A stretch of DNA of 57,567 nucleotides from NCBI GenBank assembly GCA_009885745.1, contig VFKC01000026.1, positions 1 to 57,567 on the forward strand. The letters run 5' to 3'. Below the pieces are notes generated by a model that was not told where the DNA came from, did no database searches, and worked only from the letters and a program-made list of their open reading frames with translations. The translations under genes were made by a program, and so were the position numbers. This DNA is from Actinomycetota bacterium. GTDB lineage: Bacteria > Actinomycetota > Actinomycetes > S36-B12 > UBA5976. Of this stretch, positions 22,431 to 32,158 are shown in pieces. Position 1 is the first letter of the stretch. Every line of letters begins with the position of its first letter.

Positions 22431-23498
22431 ATGGAGCAAAATCCTTTAGACGAAAATAATTTTCGTGAACGAATTCAAGGTGTCCTTGATGATTTCGTTG
22501 CGCGGCATCAGGATGTTCTAGGTTTGATTTCCCCAGATGCGGTGGCCCTGACAAGTTCATTGAGCACCTTATTAGCCGGTGGTAAAAGGTTACGAGCTGC
22601 ATTCGCCTATTGGGGCTATAGATCCACAGGCGCTCCCGATTGCGATTTGATTATTAGAGCAGCAAGCAGTCTAGAATTTCTCCAGGCCTGCGCATTGATT
22701 CATGACGATGTGATGGACGGTAGCGACATGCGTCGCGGCAACCCAGCTGTTCATAAACAGTTTGAAAAATTGCATTCAGATTCACAATGGCAGGGTTCCA
22801 ATACTGACTTTGGCGCGGGTGCTGCAATTCTTGTAGGCGATCTAGCACTTTGCTGGGCCGATGAACTACTAGCGACTTCGGGTTTAACGCCACAAGCATG
22901 GCAAGACACAAAAGCAATTTATGACACGATGCGCACCGAATTAATGGCTGGTCAGTACCTAGATCTGCTTGAACAGTCACGAAGAGGAACAAATGTTGCA
23001 GCCGCAAGAAATGTGATTCGCTTTAAGAGCGCAAAATACACAATTGAACGACCGCTACACATGGGTGCCGCTATGGCTCAAGCCGATGATGAACATCAAC
23101 TCATCTTGAGTAATTTCGGATTGGCGCTAGGGGAAGCTTTTCAATTGCGCGATGACTTGCTTGGTGTCTTCGGCGATTCGCAAACTACTGGTAAACCGAG
23201 CGGCGATGACTTGAGAGAGGGGAAACAAACTGTGCTAATCGCTAGTGCAATTGAAGTTTGCTCGCAGGCCGAAAGAGAATTCATCACGCAACATCTTGGC
23301 TCTGCCAGCATTGATGAAGACATCATTTCAAAGTTCCAAGAAATCTTATCAAAATGTGGTGCTGTTGATCGCCTAGAAAATGAAATCGATGATTTGACCG
23401 CAAGCGCACTATCGGCAATAAATAACCCACTAATTGAAAATGAGAGTCAACTGGCTCTTGAAAAACTAGCGATCTTAGCAACACAAAGGACCTATTAA
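22431..23498 (+). CDS. crtE: Polyprenyl (geranylgeranyl) diphosphate synthase (IdsA/CrtE)
   Basis: GGKRLR, LIHDDVMDGSDMRRG, GQYLDL, FQLRDDLLG, DDLREGK. Confidence 0.92.
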   Translation: MEQNPLDENNFRERIQGVLDDFVARHQDVLGLISPDAVALTSSLSTLLAGGKRLRAAFAYWGYRSTGAPDCDLIIRAASSLEFLQACALIHDDVMDGSDMRRGNPAVHKQFEKLHSDSQWQGSNTDFGAGAAILVGDLALCWADELLATSGLTPQAWQDTKAIYDTMRTELMAGQYLDLLEQSRRGTNVAAARNVIRFKSAKYTIERPLHMGAAMAQADDEHQLILSNFGLALGEAFQLRDDLLGVFGDSQTTGKPSGDDLREGKQTVLIASAIEVCSQAEREFITQHLGSASIDEDIISKFQEILSKCGAVDRLENEIDDLTASALSAINNPLIENESQLALEKLAILATQRTY

Positions 23499-25034
23499 AT
23501 GTCACAAAGTATTACACGTTGGCTACCCGGAACAATGCGTACAGTTGGAGGGAAAACTGATGAAGTAGTTATCGTCGGCGCTGGGCTTGCCGGGCTATCT
23601 GCTGCTATGCGGCTTGCTGGCGCTGGACGAAAAGTTACTGTAGTGGAACGTGAGTCAAAGCCTGGTGGTCGAGCAGGCAGGATTAGCGATCAAGGTTTCG
23701 AATTTGATACCGGACCCACAGTCTTGACTATGCCCGATTTGATTGCTGATGCATTTGATTCACTGGGTGAAGACATGAATCACTGGCTCACTATGGAACC
23801 TGTGGCCCCGCTTTACAGATCATTCTTTGCTGACGGCAGTGTCATTAATGTTCATTCAGATACAGACAAAATGTCAGAAGAAATTGAACGAGTAATCGGC
23901 TCCGAAGAAGCCCTGGGCTATCGCAAGTACGTAGATTTTGTATCCGACTTGTACAAGTACGAAATGAGATCTTTCATCGACCGCAACATCGACTCCCCTC
24001 TCGATTTGCTTTCTACCGATCTGATCAAATTGCTCAAGATGGGTGGGTTTAGAAAGCTCATGCCAAAAGTGAGTCAATATCTCAAGGACGATCGTCTCCA
24101 GCGAATCTATTCATTTCAAGCTATGTATGCAGGCTTATCCCCGTATGACGCGCTAGCCATCTATGCAGTAATTGCCTACATGGATTCAGTCAACGGAGTA
24201 TTCGCGCCAAAGGGTGGGATGCATGCAATTCCTACCGCTATGGCAGCAGCTGCTGCTAAACATGGCGTTACCTTTAGATATTCAACTGAAGTTCAGAGCG
24301 TTCGCATGAATGGAAAACGAGCCGTAGGAGTTGAAACTAAGGATGGCGAATTCATCCCAGCCGATGTAGTAGTCCTAAATCCTGATTTACCGGTCGCGTA
24401 CAAGCAACTGCTGGATAAAGAGCCGCTCAGTGTTAAGCGTTTGAAATATTCGCCTTCTTGTTTCTTGATGCTGGCTGGGTCATCCAAGGCTTATGATCAC
24501 ATTGCCCATCACAACATTCACTTTGGTAAGTCTTGGTCGGGAGTCTTTGACGAGTTAATCAACAAGAGGCAATTTATGTCCGATCCAAGTCTGCTAGTTA
24601 CAAATCCCACGGCTAGCGACCCTGGTCTTGCGCCAGCAGGCAAACAGGTTTACTACATTTTATTTCCCACACCTAATTTGGATGCGGACATTGACTGGAC
24701 ACGAGAAACAACACGATACCGAGATGAAGTTGTGCGCACATTAGAGTCGCGTGGGTACGACGGGTTCGGTGCTGGTATTGAGGTTGAGCACATCACGACA
24801 CCACAGGATTGGGCAGATCAAGGGATGGAACGCGGCGCACCTTTTGCATCTGCGCATTCATTTTTCCAGACCGGCCCATTCAGACCAGGCAATATGTACG
24901 GTGAGAATGTTGTTTTCACTGGATCGGGCACCCAGCCAGGTGTTGGAGTCCCGATGGTTCTTTTATCTGGACGCTTAGCAGCCGAACGAATCACTGGCAA
25001 GGATTCCAACTATCGATCACGAGCGTGGCGTTAG
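23499..25034 (+). CDS. crtI: Phytoene desaturase
   Basis: IVGAGLAG, FDTGPTVLTMP, FQAMYAG, GSGTQPGVGVPMVLLSG; abuts crtE. Confidence 0.93.
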   Translation: MSQSITRWLPGTMRTVGGKTDEVVIVGAGLAGLSAAMRLAGAGRKVTVVERESKPGGRAGRISDQGFEFDTGPTVLTMPDLIADAFDSLGEDMNHWLTMEPVAPLYRSFFADGSVINVHSDTDKMSEEIERVIGSEEALGYRKYVDFVSDLYKYEMRSFIDRNIDSPLDLLSTDLIKLLKMGGFRKLMPKVSQYLKDDRLQRIYSFQAMYAGLSPYDALAIYAVIAYMDSVNGVFAPKGGMHAIPTAMAAAAAKHGVTFRYSTEVQSVRMNGKRAVGVETKDGEFIPADVVVLNPDLPVAYKQLLDKEPLSVKRLKYSPSCFLMLAGSSKAYDHIAHHNIHFGKSWSGVFDELINKRQFMSDPSLLVTNPTASDPGLAPAGKQVYYILFPTPNLDADIDWTRETTRYRDEVVRTLESRGYDGFGAGIEVEHITTPQDWADQGMERGAPFASAHSFFQTGPFRPGNMYGENVVFTGSGTQPGVGVPMVLLSGRLAAERITGKDSNYRSRAWR

Positions 25035-25051
25035 CCGAGTAATCTTTAGGT

Positions 25052-26602
25052 GTGGATCATCCTCTGGCAACATCTGCGGCGGAGAGCGCTTTAGAAAGCG
25101 ACACTCCCTTGCTCTATGCCTTGCCTGGTTTTCTTGGATCAACTTTCATGACTATTGGTGCGTTTGGAGTTGGCTGGTTTCCACTTTCAACAAACGCGCT
25201 TAACTGGCCAATGATTCAGTTTCTGCAGACCCAATCATTAGGACTTGCCTTAGCTCGTTCATTTGTCATAGTTGGTGCTGCTCTGTTATTGCAGGCTTGG
25301 CTTGTGGTTGGCGTTGACGCTTTACAGGGACGCATCACAGGACTGCGCACTATGTATATCGTTATCGCAGCATGGTGTCTGCCACTGCTTCTAGCGCCTC
25401 CCCTTTTTAGTCGAGATGTTTATTCGTATTACATGCAGGGTCGATTACAACTTGCTGGACATAACCCATACTTATCTGGCGTCTCTCTTGTGCCTGGCTG
25501 GTTTCGTAGTGGAGTAGATCCGTTGTGGGCTGATGTTTCCACTCCTTACGGGCCAATTTTTCTCGGTATTGAGCGTCTGGTCGCCATTATCGCCGGCGAT
25601 TCCGCTCTTTTGGCTTCATACCTATTGCGATTAACCTCTCTACTAGGCGTAGTTGTTTTGGCCTGGTGCGTACCACGACTAGCGCGTATCCATGGAATAA
25701 ATGCAGTACCTGCTTTATGGCTAGGTGTCATGAATCCAATGGTTATTTTGCACTTTGTCGCCGGCGCTCACAATGACTCTCTAATGGTTGCTGCCATCTG
25801 TTTAGCGCTGTGGCTGGCTCTGACAAATCGCACCACTTTCTCGATTGTGGTGGCGGCATTGGCTGTGGGTATAAAACCAGTAGCAATTGTAGTTTTGCCA
25901 TTTATCGCACTAATCCTGGCTGGGCAAAATCCAACGCGACGGAGCCGAATTTATGCAGTGCTTCGGGTTGCTTTTACTACTGGACCTGTTCTGATTTTTA
26001 GTTCAGCCCTAGTAGGTGTTGGAGCATTTGGTTGGATTGGCGCCTTAGCGACCCCAGGCAGTGTACGCAGCTGGTTATCACCAATAACGGCGATCGGGAT
26101 GATGTGGGGAGGATTCATCCAGATTATGGGACTGGGAAATCATACAGATGTCACAATCACAATTACCAGAGTATGCGGTGCTCTCGCTTTAGGCGTCCTA
26201 TTGGTCGGTCTTGTCCTTCGCCCAACTGGCAGAAGCGCAACACGAGGGGCTGCTGAGGCCTTCTTACTGCTCGTGTTGCTTGGTCCGGTTGCCCAGCCAT
26301 GGTATCTACTATGGGCAATACCATTGTTTGCCAGTACTGGATTGAGTCGAAATCAACTAAGAGCGGCCATACTAGTGACCTGCGGGTTTACTATCCACGG
26401 GTTAGCTAATTGGAGTGCCACCGCGGATACATTTTTTGAATTGAGCGATGGATTAGCAATTTTGATTTCAATTGCCACCCTTGCATTAGCTATTCTGACT
26501 TCAGCGCAAGAGCGGGGCTTAATTCTCGGCAAAAAAATTGAACATGGACTTTCGCCAAAAGATGATGCTGCGCAATTGCGGGCACAATCAAAACTTTTAT
26601 AA
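25052..26602 (+). CDS. Polyprenol-phosphomannose-dependent alpha-1,6-mannosyltransferase (MptA/MptB family, GT-C)
   Basis: PPLFSRDVYSY, TPYGP, NP...HFVAGAHNDSLM, QPWY; position near idsA resembles Rv2174 mptA. Confidence 0.88.
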   Translation: MDHPLATSAAESALESDTPLLYALPGFLGSTFMTIGAFGVGWFPLSTNALNWPMIQFLQTQSLGLALARSFVIVGAALLLQAWLVVGVDALQGRITGLRTMYIVIAAWCLPLLLAPPLFSRDVYSYYMQGRLQLAGHNPYLSGVSLVPGWFRSGVDPLWADVSTPYGPIFLGIERLVAIIAGDSALLASYLLRLTSLLGVVVLAWCVPRLARIHGINAVPALWLGVMNPMVILHFVAGAHNDSLMVAAICLALWLALTNRTTFSIVVAALAVGIKPVAIVVLPFIALILAGQNPTRRSRIYAVLRVAFTTGPVLIFSSALVGVGAFGWIGALATPGSVRSWLSPITAIGMMWGGFIQIMGLGNHTDVTITITRVCGALALGVLLVGLVLRPTGRSATRGAAEAFLLLVLLGPVAQPWYLLWAIPLFASTGLSRNQLRAAILVTCGFTIHGLANWSATADTFFELSDGLAILISIATLALAILTSAQERGLILGKKIEHGLSPKDDAAQLRAQSKLL

Positions 26603-26620
26603 CTGCTTCTCGAGTCGAAT

Positions 26621-27064
26621 CTAGGCTAAAGACAGTTCGCCAATTTCAGGAAAGCTGCCCGCGGTGCCTACCACAAGAACCAAACTTGAAGTTGCTTCGA
26701 TGACATCTTCAATAATTCGAGCCAATACTTGGGCGTCAGACTTATTGTGCTTGATCAGGTCTTGCCAACCTACCCAGAAAACAGCGGTGCTCGGCGTCTC
26801 TGCTAAGTAGTCACGAAAAGCGACCTCGAATTCCACTAAGGAACCCTTGGCGTACTTGTTGAGCGACAAAGCATTCACAACTAAGTCGATGAATTGTTCC
26901 TGTGTGCGCGCACCCGTGGTATCTAACCAAACACCCTGCCAACCAGCACTCTTGGTTTCACTTACGATTTGGTCTTCACTCAACGTCACCTTCCACCGAA
27001 GTAGACCGCTAAGTTTTCCAGTTCGAAGTAATGCCGAAAGTAAACCAGGATTTGGACTGACCAC
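26621..27064 (-). CDS. Barstar-like protein, degenerate, no adjacent ribonuclease
   Basis: AGWQGVWLDTTGARTQEQFIDLVVNALSL...FWVGWQDL resembles actinobacterial barstar proteins; GAAAGG 7 nt before GTG 27064. Confidence 0.55.
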   Translation of the reverse strand: MVSPNPGLLSALLRTGKLSGLLRWKVTLSEDQIVSETKSAGWQGVWLDTTGARTQEQFIDLVVNALSLNKYAKGSLVEFEVAFRDYLAETPSTAVFWVGWQDLIKHNKSDAQVLARIIEDVIEATSSLVLVVGTAGSFPEIGELSLA

Positions 27065-27133
27065 AGATATACCTTTCACAAAAAATTGAATGCCAAAGCC
27101 AAGTGTAAGACTAACGAGTGAGATACTAAACAA

Positions 27134-28039
27134 GTGTCACAACGCGAACTAGATGCTGCGGGTATCTTTGATCCCCTGCTTCGCGAATCTTATGATTTGT
27201 GTAGAGAGTTAAACGCATCTCATGGGAAGACTTATTATCTTGCTACTCTTTTGCTACCGCCAGAAAAACGCCCATATGTCCACGCGCTCTATGGGTTTGC
27301 AAGGTATGCGGATGAGATTGTCGATGACCTCGAATCCACATTAAGTGATGCACAAAAGGCGGAACAGCTGAAGTTATGGGGAGACGATTTTCTAAGTCAA
27401 TTCGATAATGGAACATCTAACGATCCAGTATGCCGAGCAGTTTTGGATACGGTTCGTCGTTGGAATATTCCGCGTGAACATTTTGAAGCATTTCTGCACT
27501 CAATGACAATGGACTTAACAGTCACCGAATACCGGACCTATGAAGATTTGTACGAATACGTATACGGCTCAGCTGCGGTAATCGGACTTCAGATGGTCTC
27601 AATCTTGGAACCAACCGATGAGCGTGCCTACGAACATGCAATATCCTTGGGAGTCGCATTTCAACTTGCCAATTTCATTAGAGATGTGGGTGAAGATCTG
27701 GATAGAGGAAGGGTTTACCTACCGCTTGATGAACTTGCAGAATTTGGGGTAACTCGCGCAGATCTGGAAAAGAAGGTCGCCACTCCAGAATTCAAACAGG
27801 CATTGCAGGCACAGATTGCTCGAGTGAAAAAGCTAGAACTTGAAGCCATGCCTGGCATACCGATGTTAGGCGATACAGGCCGGCATTGCATTGAGACAGC
27901 ACGAATTTTGTATTGCGGAATTGTTGATGCAGTCGCGGAAATCAACTACGAAGTGTTTGATAAGCGCGCAAGTGTCTCGCTCCCAAAACGGCTTCGAGTC
28001 GCTCTTCCTGCCTGGTGGCAAGCCCGAAAAACTTGGTAA
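27134..28039 (+). CDS. crtB: Phytoene synthase
   Basis: HGKTYYLATLLL, YGFARYADEIVDD, FQLANFIRDVGEDLDRGRVYLP. Confidence 0.96.
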   Translation: MSQRELDAAGIFDPLLRESYDLCRELNASHGKTYYLATLLLPPEKRPYVHALYGFARYADEIVDDLESTLSDAQKAEQLKLWGDDFLSQFDNGTSNDPVCRAVLDTVRRWNIPREHFEAFLHSMTMDLTVTEYRTYEDLYEYVYGSAAVIGLQMVSILEPTDERAYEHAISLGVAFQLANFIRDVGEDLDRGRVYLPLDELAEFGVTRADLEKKVATPEFKQALQAQIARVKKLELEAMPGIPMLGDTGRHCIETARILYCGIVDAVAEINYEVFDKRASVSLPKRLRVALPAWWQARKTW

Positions 28040-28438
28040 TTACTTACTGCGCAGAAGTTTAGCGACCTTAGCCACTGGAGGGCCGCTAACAGGTTGTCGC
28101 TGTAAACCGTTTTTCCCGTGCCAAACCCAAAGAATCAGAGTCAATAACACCAAACTGAAACCGAATAAGAGATCCTCAATCGGGGCAAAGACCAGACGTC
28201 CATCTCCGATGAATGCTGGCGCATGCTTAGTTGGTGTGCTGCCACCAATGATGGCATCTGCGTCATATCTCACAATCCGAAACCCTGTCAAAATACCGTT
28301 GGTAACAAGCTGAAAGAAAATGATAATGGCGTACGACGCCCAGAAAATACGCCTGCGAATCAATCGCGTTCGAAAGATATACATGTCGCAAATAACCACA
28401 GCGATAACGCTGAGCAATCCAATTTCGGTGTAAGTCAT
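28040..28438 (-). CDS. Heterodimeric lycopene cyclase subunit (CrtYd-like)
   Basis: Small TM protein; FQLVTNGILTG, APIEDLLFGFSL. Confidence 0.85.
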   Translation of the reverse strand: MTYTEIGLLSVIAVVICDMYIFRTRLIRRRIFWASYAIIIFFQLVTNGILTGFRIVRYDADAIIGGSTPTKHAPAFIGDGRLVFAPIEDLLFGFSLVLLTLILWVWHGKNGLQRQPVSGPPVAKVAKLLRSK

Positions 28439-28776
28439 TCGTTGGTGCCCACTTCATCTCCCACTAACCAATTACGCGCACTACGGATGGCTTCAAGTGT
28501 GAGGATTGCACAAATAGGAATCACAATGAAAAAAAATATTTCATCCAGCGGAACATTCCCAACCGTTTCGATACCCGTCACAAATCGAGGATCAAATGTC
28601 CAATGACCCGACTTAATTGCATAGATGTCCCAGAGAGTAAAAATTACAACTACTGGAATGATTGTGGCGATTAATCTGACCGGCCGACGATAAACTCGCG
28701 TTCGTAAAAAAATCTCAAGTCCTGCCGTGCCTATGAGGCAGCCCACTAGGACTGCCAAGTACGCAAAGTGAGACAT
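28435..28776 (-). CDS. Heterodimeric lycopene cyclase subunit (CrtYc-like)
   Basis: WDIYAI..GHWTF, VPLDEIFFF; ATGA overlap with partner. Confidence 0.85.
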   Translation of the reverse strand: MSHFAYLAVLVGCLIGTAGLEIFLRTRVYRRPVRLIATIIPVVVIFTLWDIYAIKSGHWTFDPRFVTGIETVGNVPLDEIFFFIVIPICAILTLEAIRSARNWLVGDEVGTNE

Positions 28777-28861
28777 AAACCATTCCTTAAACTGTTATCC
28801 AAATCTATCGTGTCCGTGGCGAAACCTAATGGATAGGAGCCCGACACTTAGAATCTAGAAC

Positions 28862-30718
28862 GTGAGCAACTCAAATATCCCTGATCCATTTATTGGTCAG
28901 ATTCTTGATGCTCGCTATCGAATTGAGGAGTTAATTGCTCGAGGTGGCATGGCCACGGTATACCGAGCTATTGACCTACGACTAGGCAGAGTCGTAGCAC
29001 TCAAGATTCTTGCCGGAACCCTCGCATCTGATCCAGATTTTGTGGAAAGATTCATTCAGGAAGCACGATCAACCGCAGCGCTAACGCATCCAAATGTTGT
29101 TGCCGTTCATGATCAAGGCGTCTGGCATGAATTTCCATTCTTGATTATGGAGTTCGTCCCCGGTCGAACAATTAGAGAAGTACTTAACAAGAATGGTCCA
29201 TTTACGAGCGCTCATGCACTTGAAATCATTCAGGCAGTTTTGCTTGGATTATGTGCGGCTCATGACGCAGGGTTTGTTCATCGTGACATCAAACCTGAGA
29301 ATGTTTTAATCACTGATGACGGTCACGTTAAAGTAACTGATTTTGGTCTCGCCCGCTTGATTAGCACTACTCCGGCCAGTAGCTCAACTGGTGCTGTGCT
29401 TCTTGGAACTATGGCCTATCTCTCCCCCGAACAAGTTCAACAGCAAAACATCGATCAACGTAGTGACGTATATTCTGCTGGAATCCTACTTTTTGAGATG
29501 CTGACTGGCAGAGTTCCCTTCACAGGTGAGACTCCTCTTGCGGTGGCTTATCGGCATGTCCATGAGGACGTGCCGCCGCCAAGCTCCCTACAACCAGATG
29601 TGCCACCTGCAGTAGATCACGTGGTGCTTGCCGCAACTCGCAGAGCACCTAGCGAGCGTTTGCAAAGTGCAAGATCATTCCACGAATCCATAGCAAGGGC
29701 CATGTCAGGAGTGCCTGCGGCTGAATCACTAACCACCGCATTGCCGGTAAGTCAGACGATCGTCTTGCCAGTATCCGAAATAGTGCCGGCTAAAACCCAA
29801 GTTGTTGAGATTTCGCCCGAACCTAAAAGACAAAGAAGGATACGTGTTCGCGCCATTCTTCTCGGAATCTTTGCGGTACTAGGTCTCTGCGCATTGGGTT
29901 TGTTCTTTTTAAATAGCAATCGGGTCCTTGTGCCAGCAGTTACCGGAAAAACTGAACTCTCGGCCAAAATTGCACTCAAAGAAGTTGGCTTAACCAGTCG
30001 AGTGACTTTGCGATTTTCCGAATCAAAAGAGATCGGCACAACCATTTCCACAAATCCAGAATCCGGACAAAAGGTTCGCAAGGGTCAGGTAGTTAACATC
30101 TATGTTTCAAAGGGTAAGGAAAGGTACGTTTTGCCCTCCGAATTGGTTGGAATGGACCCAAATGTGGCCCGTGATCTTTTGACATCACTAACTCTGGTTA
30201 CCTCTAGAACTCAATCAATCTTTAGTAGCGAAATTCCGATTGGAAAAGTAGTTAGCACCAAGCCTGAAATCGGCACCCAGGTTAAACGCGCTACGAACAT
30301 CACCTTGCTGATTTCTCGTGGACCTGCACCAGTTCCTGTGCCAGGTATTGCTGGCGTCAGTGTTGCGGTAGCGACAAAGATGCTAGGCAAGCTCGGTTTA
30401 AGTCTTGATGTTGTCGATCAAATATTTGATGACAGCAAAGAAGGAACAATTATTTCTAGCGATCCAGTCCCTGGCACAAGTGTGGCTAAAGGAAGCAAAG
30501 TCAAAGTAACCGTAAGTAAGGGCCCTGCACTTATTGACGTCCCTAATGTTGTAGGGATGGGTACAGATGAAGCAGTCGCTCTTTTGAAGGATGCTGGCTT
30601 CAAGGTCATTACCCACAACAGATTAGGCATTGCTGTGTTAAACACCGTCTACTCGCAAAGTCCAGCAGGCAACAACCAAGCGCCGCGCGCGAGCACGGTC
30701 ACATTGGAAATTGTTTAA
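28862..30718 (+). CDS. Stk1/PknL-like PASTA-domain Ser/Thr kinase
   Basis: ARGGMATVY, HRDIKPEN, DFGLAR, TM helix, about 4 PASTA repeats; PknL syntenic position. Confidence 0.95.
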   Translation: MSNSNIPDPFIGQILDARYRIEELIARGGMATVYRAIDLRLGRVVALKILAGTLASDPDFVERFIQEARSTAALTHPNVVAVHDQGVWHEFPFLIMEFVPGRTIREVLNKNGPFTSAHALEIIQAVLLGLCAAHDAGFVHRDIKPENVLITDDGHVKVTDFGLARLISTTPASSSTGAVLLGTMAYLSPEQVQQQNIDQRSDVYSAGILLFEMLTGRVPFTGETPLAVAYRHVHEDVPPPSSLQPDVPPAVDHVVLAATRRAPSERLQSARSFHESIARAMSGVPAAESLTTALPVSQTIVLPVSEIVPAKTQVVEISPEPKRQRRIRVRAILLGIFAVLGLCALGLFFLNSNRVLVPAVTGKTELSAKIALKEVGLTSRVTLRFSESKEIGTTISTNPESGQKVRKGQVVNIYVSKGKERYVLPSELVGMDPNVARDLLTSLTLVTSRTQSIFSSEIPIGKVVSTKPEIGTQVKRATNITLLISRGPAPVPVPGIAGVSVAVATKMLGKLGLSLDVVDQIFDDSKEGTIISSDPVPGTSVAKGSKVKVTVSKGPALIDVPNVVGMGTDEAVALLKDAGFKVITHNRLGIAVLNTVYSQSPAGNNQAPRASTVTLEIV

Positions 30719-30730
30719 CTCTCCACTCAG

Positions 30731-32062
30731 TTAGTTACGACGACTTCCAAGCATCTCAGCAACTTGGAACGCTAAATCTAAACTTTGTATGCGGTTGAGT
30801 CTTGGATCACAGGCAGTCTCATATCTAAAAGGTAAGTCATCTTCACTCACACCACTGATACCGCCAAGGCATTCAGTGACATCATCACCAGTGAGTTCAA
30901 TGTGGATTCCGCCTGGATGCGTTCCCATCTGGGCATGTACCTGGAAGAAGCCTCTAACTTCATCAAGAACGTCCTCGAATAATCTGGTTTTGTGACCACT
31001 GGCAGTTTCGCGAGTATTTCCATGCATAGGGTCGCATACCCATAAAACGGGATGATCTGTGTTCTTGACTGTCTCGATAATGCCCGGCAGTACATCGCGG
31101 ATGTTGCCAGCACCCATCCGGGTAATAAGCATCAATCGACCAGGGATGCGGTTTGGGTTCAGGCGTTCTAGCAGGGCTAATACATCGGCCGGAGTCGTCT
31201 TTGGCCCGACCTTTACCCCAATAGGGTTGCTGATCTTGGCAGCAAAATCTATGTGAGCTCCATCCATTTCTCGTGTGCGCTCGCCAATCCACACAAAGTG
31301 GCCAGATACGTCGTATGGATTGCCAGTTCGTGAGTCGATACGCGTAAGCGGCTTTTCATAATCAAGCAATAACGCTTCATGACTTGCATAGAAATCAACG
31401 CGGCGGAACTCTTCAGGGTCAGCGCCAATAGCCGTCATGAAAGACAGTGCACGGTCAATTTCCCCAGCCATCTCTTCGTAGCGTTTGCCTGGTGTTGATT
31501 CGCTTACAAAATCTTGATTCCATGCATGCACCTGGCGTAAATCTGCATATCCACCTTGAGTAAAAGCACGAACAAGATTCAAGGCAGCAGCGCTTGCGTG
31601 ATAGACATCAATCAGGCGCGTTGGATCAGGTATGCGAGATTCTGGGGTGAAGGCAAGACCGTTAACCGCATCACCACGATATGAAGGTAAAGATACGCCA
31701 TCAATAGTTTCCATACCTGAACTGCGAGGCTTTCCGTATTGACCGGCAATACGTCCGATTTTTACCACTGGAAGTGACGCGCCATAGGTCAATACGATTG
31801 CCATTTGCAATACCGTTTTTAGGCGGGCACGAATTGAATCAGCAGTGTTCGCAACAAAGGTCTCGGCACAGTCGCCACCCATTAACACAAAGGCGTTACC
31901 CAGTGCGGCTTCGCCAAGTTTTACTGTTAACTCGTCGCACTCACCCGCGAACACCAAAGGAGGTAGTGCAAGTAAGGTTTCATGAACGCGCTGTAAAGCG
32001 ACAGCATCAGGCCATTCTGGTTGTTGAGCAGCAGCTAAGTGCGGCCATGTTATTTCAGACAC
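30731..32062 (-). CDS. aroH: Class II DAHP synthase
   Basis: QQPEWPD, GGDCAE, GQYGKPRS, WIGERTR, CDPMHGN, CDPRLN. Confidence 0.96.
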   Translation of the reverse strand: MSEITWPHLAAAQQPEWPDAVALQRVHETLLALPPLVFAGECDELTVKLGEAALGNAFVLMGGDCAETFVANTADSIRARLKTVLQMAIVLTYGASLPVVKIGRIAGQYGKPRSSGMETIDGVSLPSYRGDAVNGLAFTPESRIPDPTRLIDVYHASAAALNLVRAFTQGGYADLRQVHAWNQDFVSESTPGKRYEEMAGEIDRALSFMTAIGADPEEFRRVDFYASHEALLLDYEKPLTRIDSRTGNPYDVSGHFVWIGERTREMDGAHIDFAAKISNPIGVKVGPKTTPADVLALLERLNPNRIPGRLMLITRMGAGNIRDVLPGIIETVKNTDHPVLWVCDPMHGNTRETASGHKTRLFEDVLDEVRGFFQVHAQMGTHPGGIHIELTGDDVTECLGGISGVSEDDLPFRYETACDPRLNRIQSLDLAFQVAEMLGSRRN

Positions 32063-32158
32063 GTTTCTAGATTAGTCGCGATTGGGCTCTATTCATAAAT
32101 CGCGTTGCCCTCGGATGCAGTTTCAAGATCAAATACATACACCGATAGATTTATTCTC

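Noticed and set aside
27065-27133. ORF-track N-terminal extension abutting the crtB start
   Set aside because: Leaves no room for promoters; a better SD-led GTG is at 27064.
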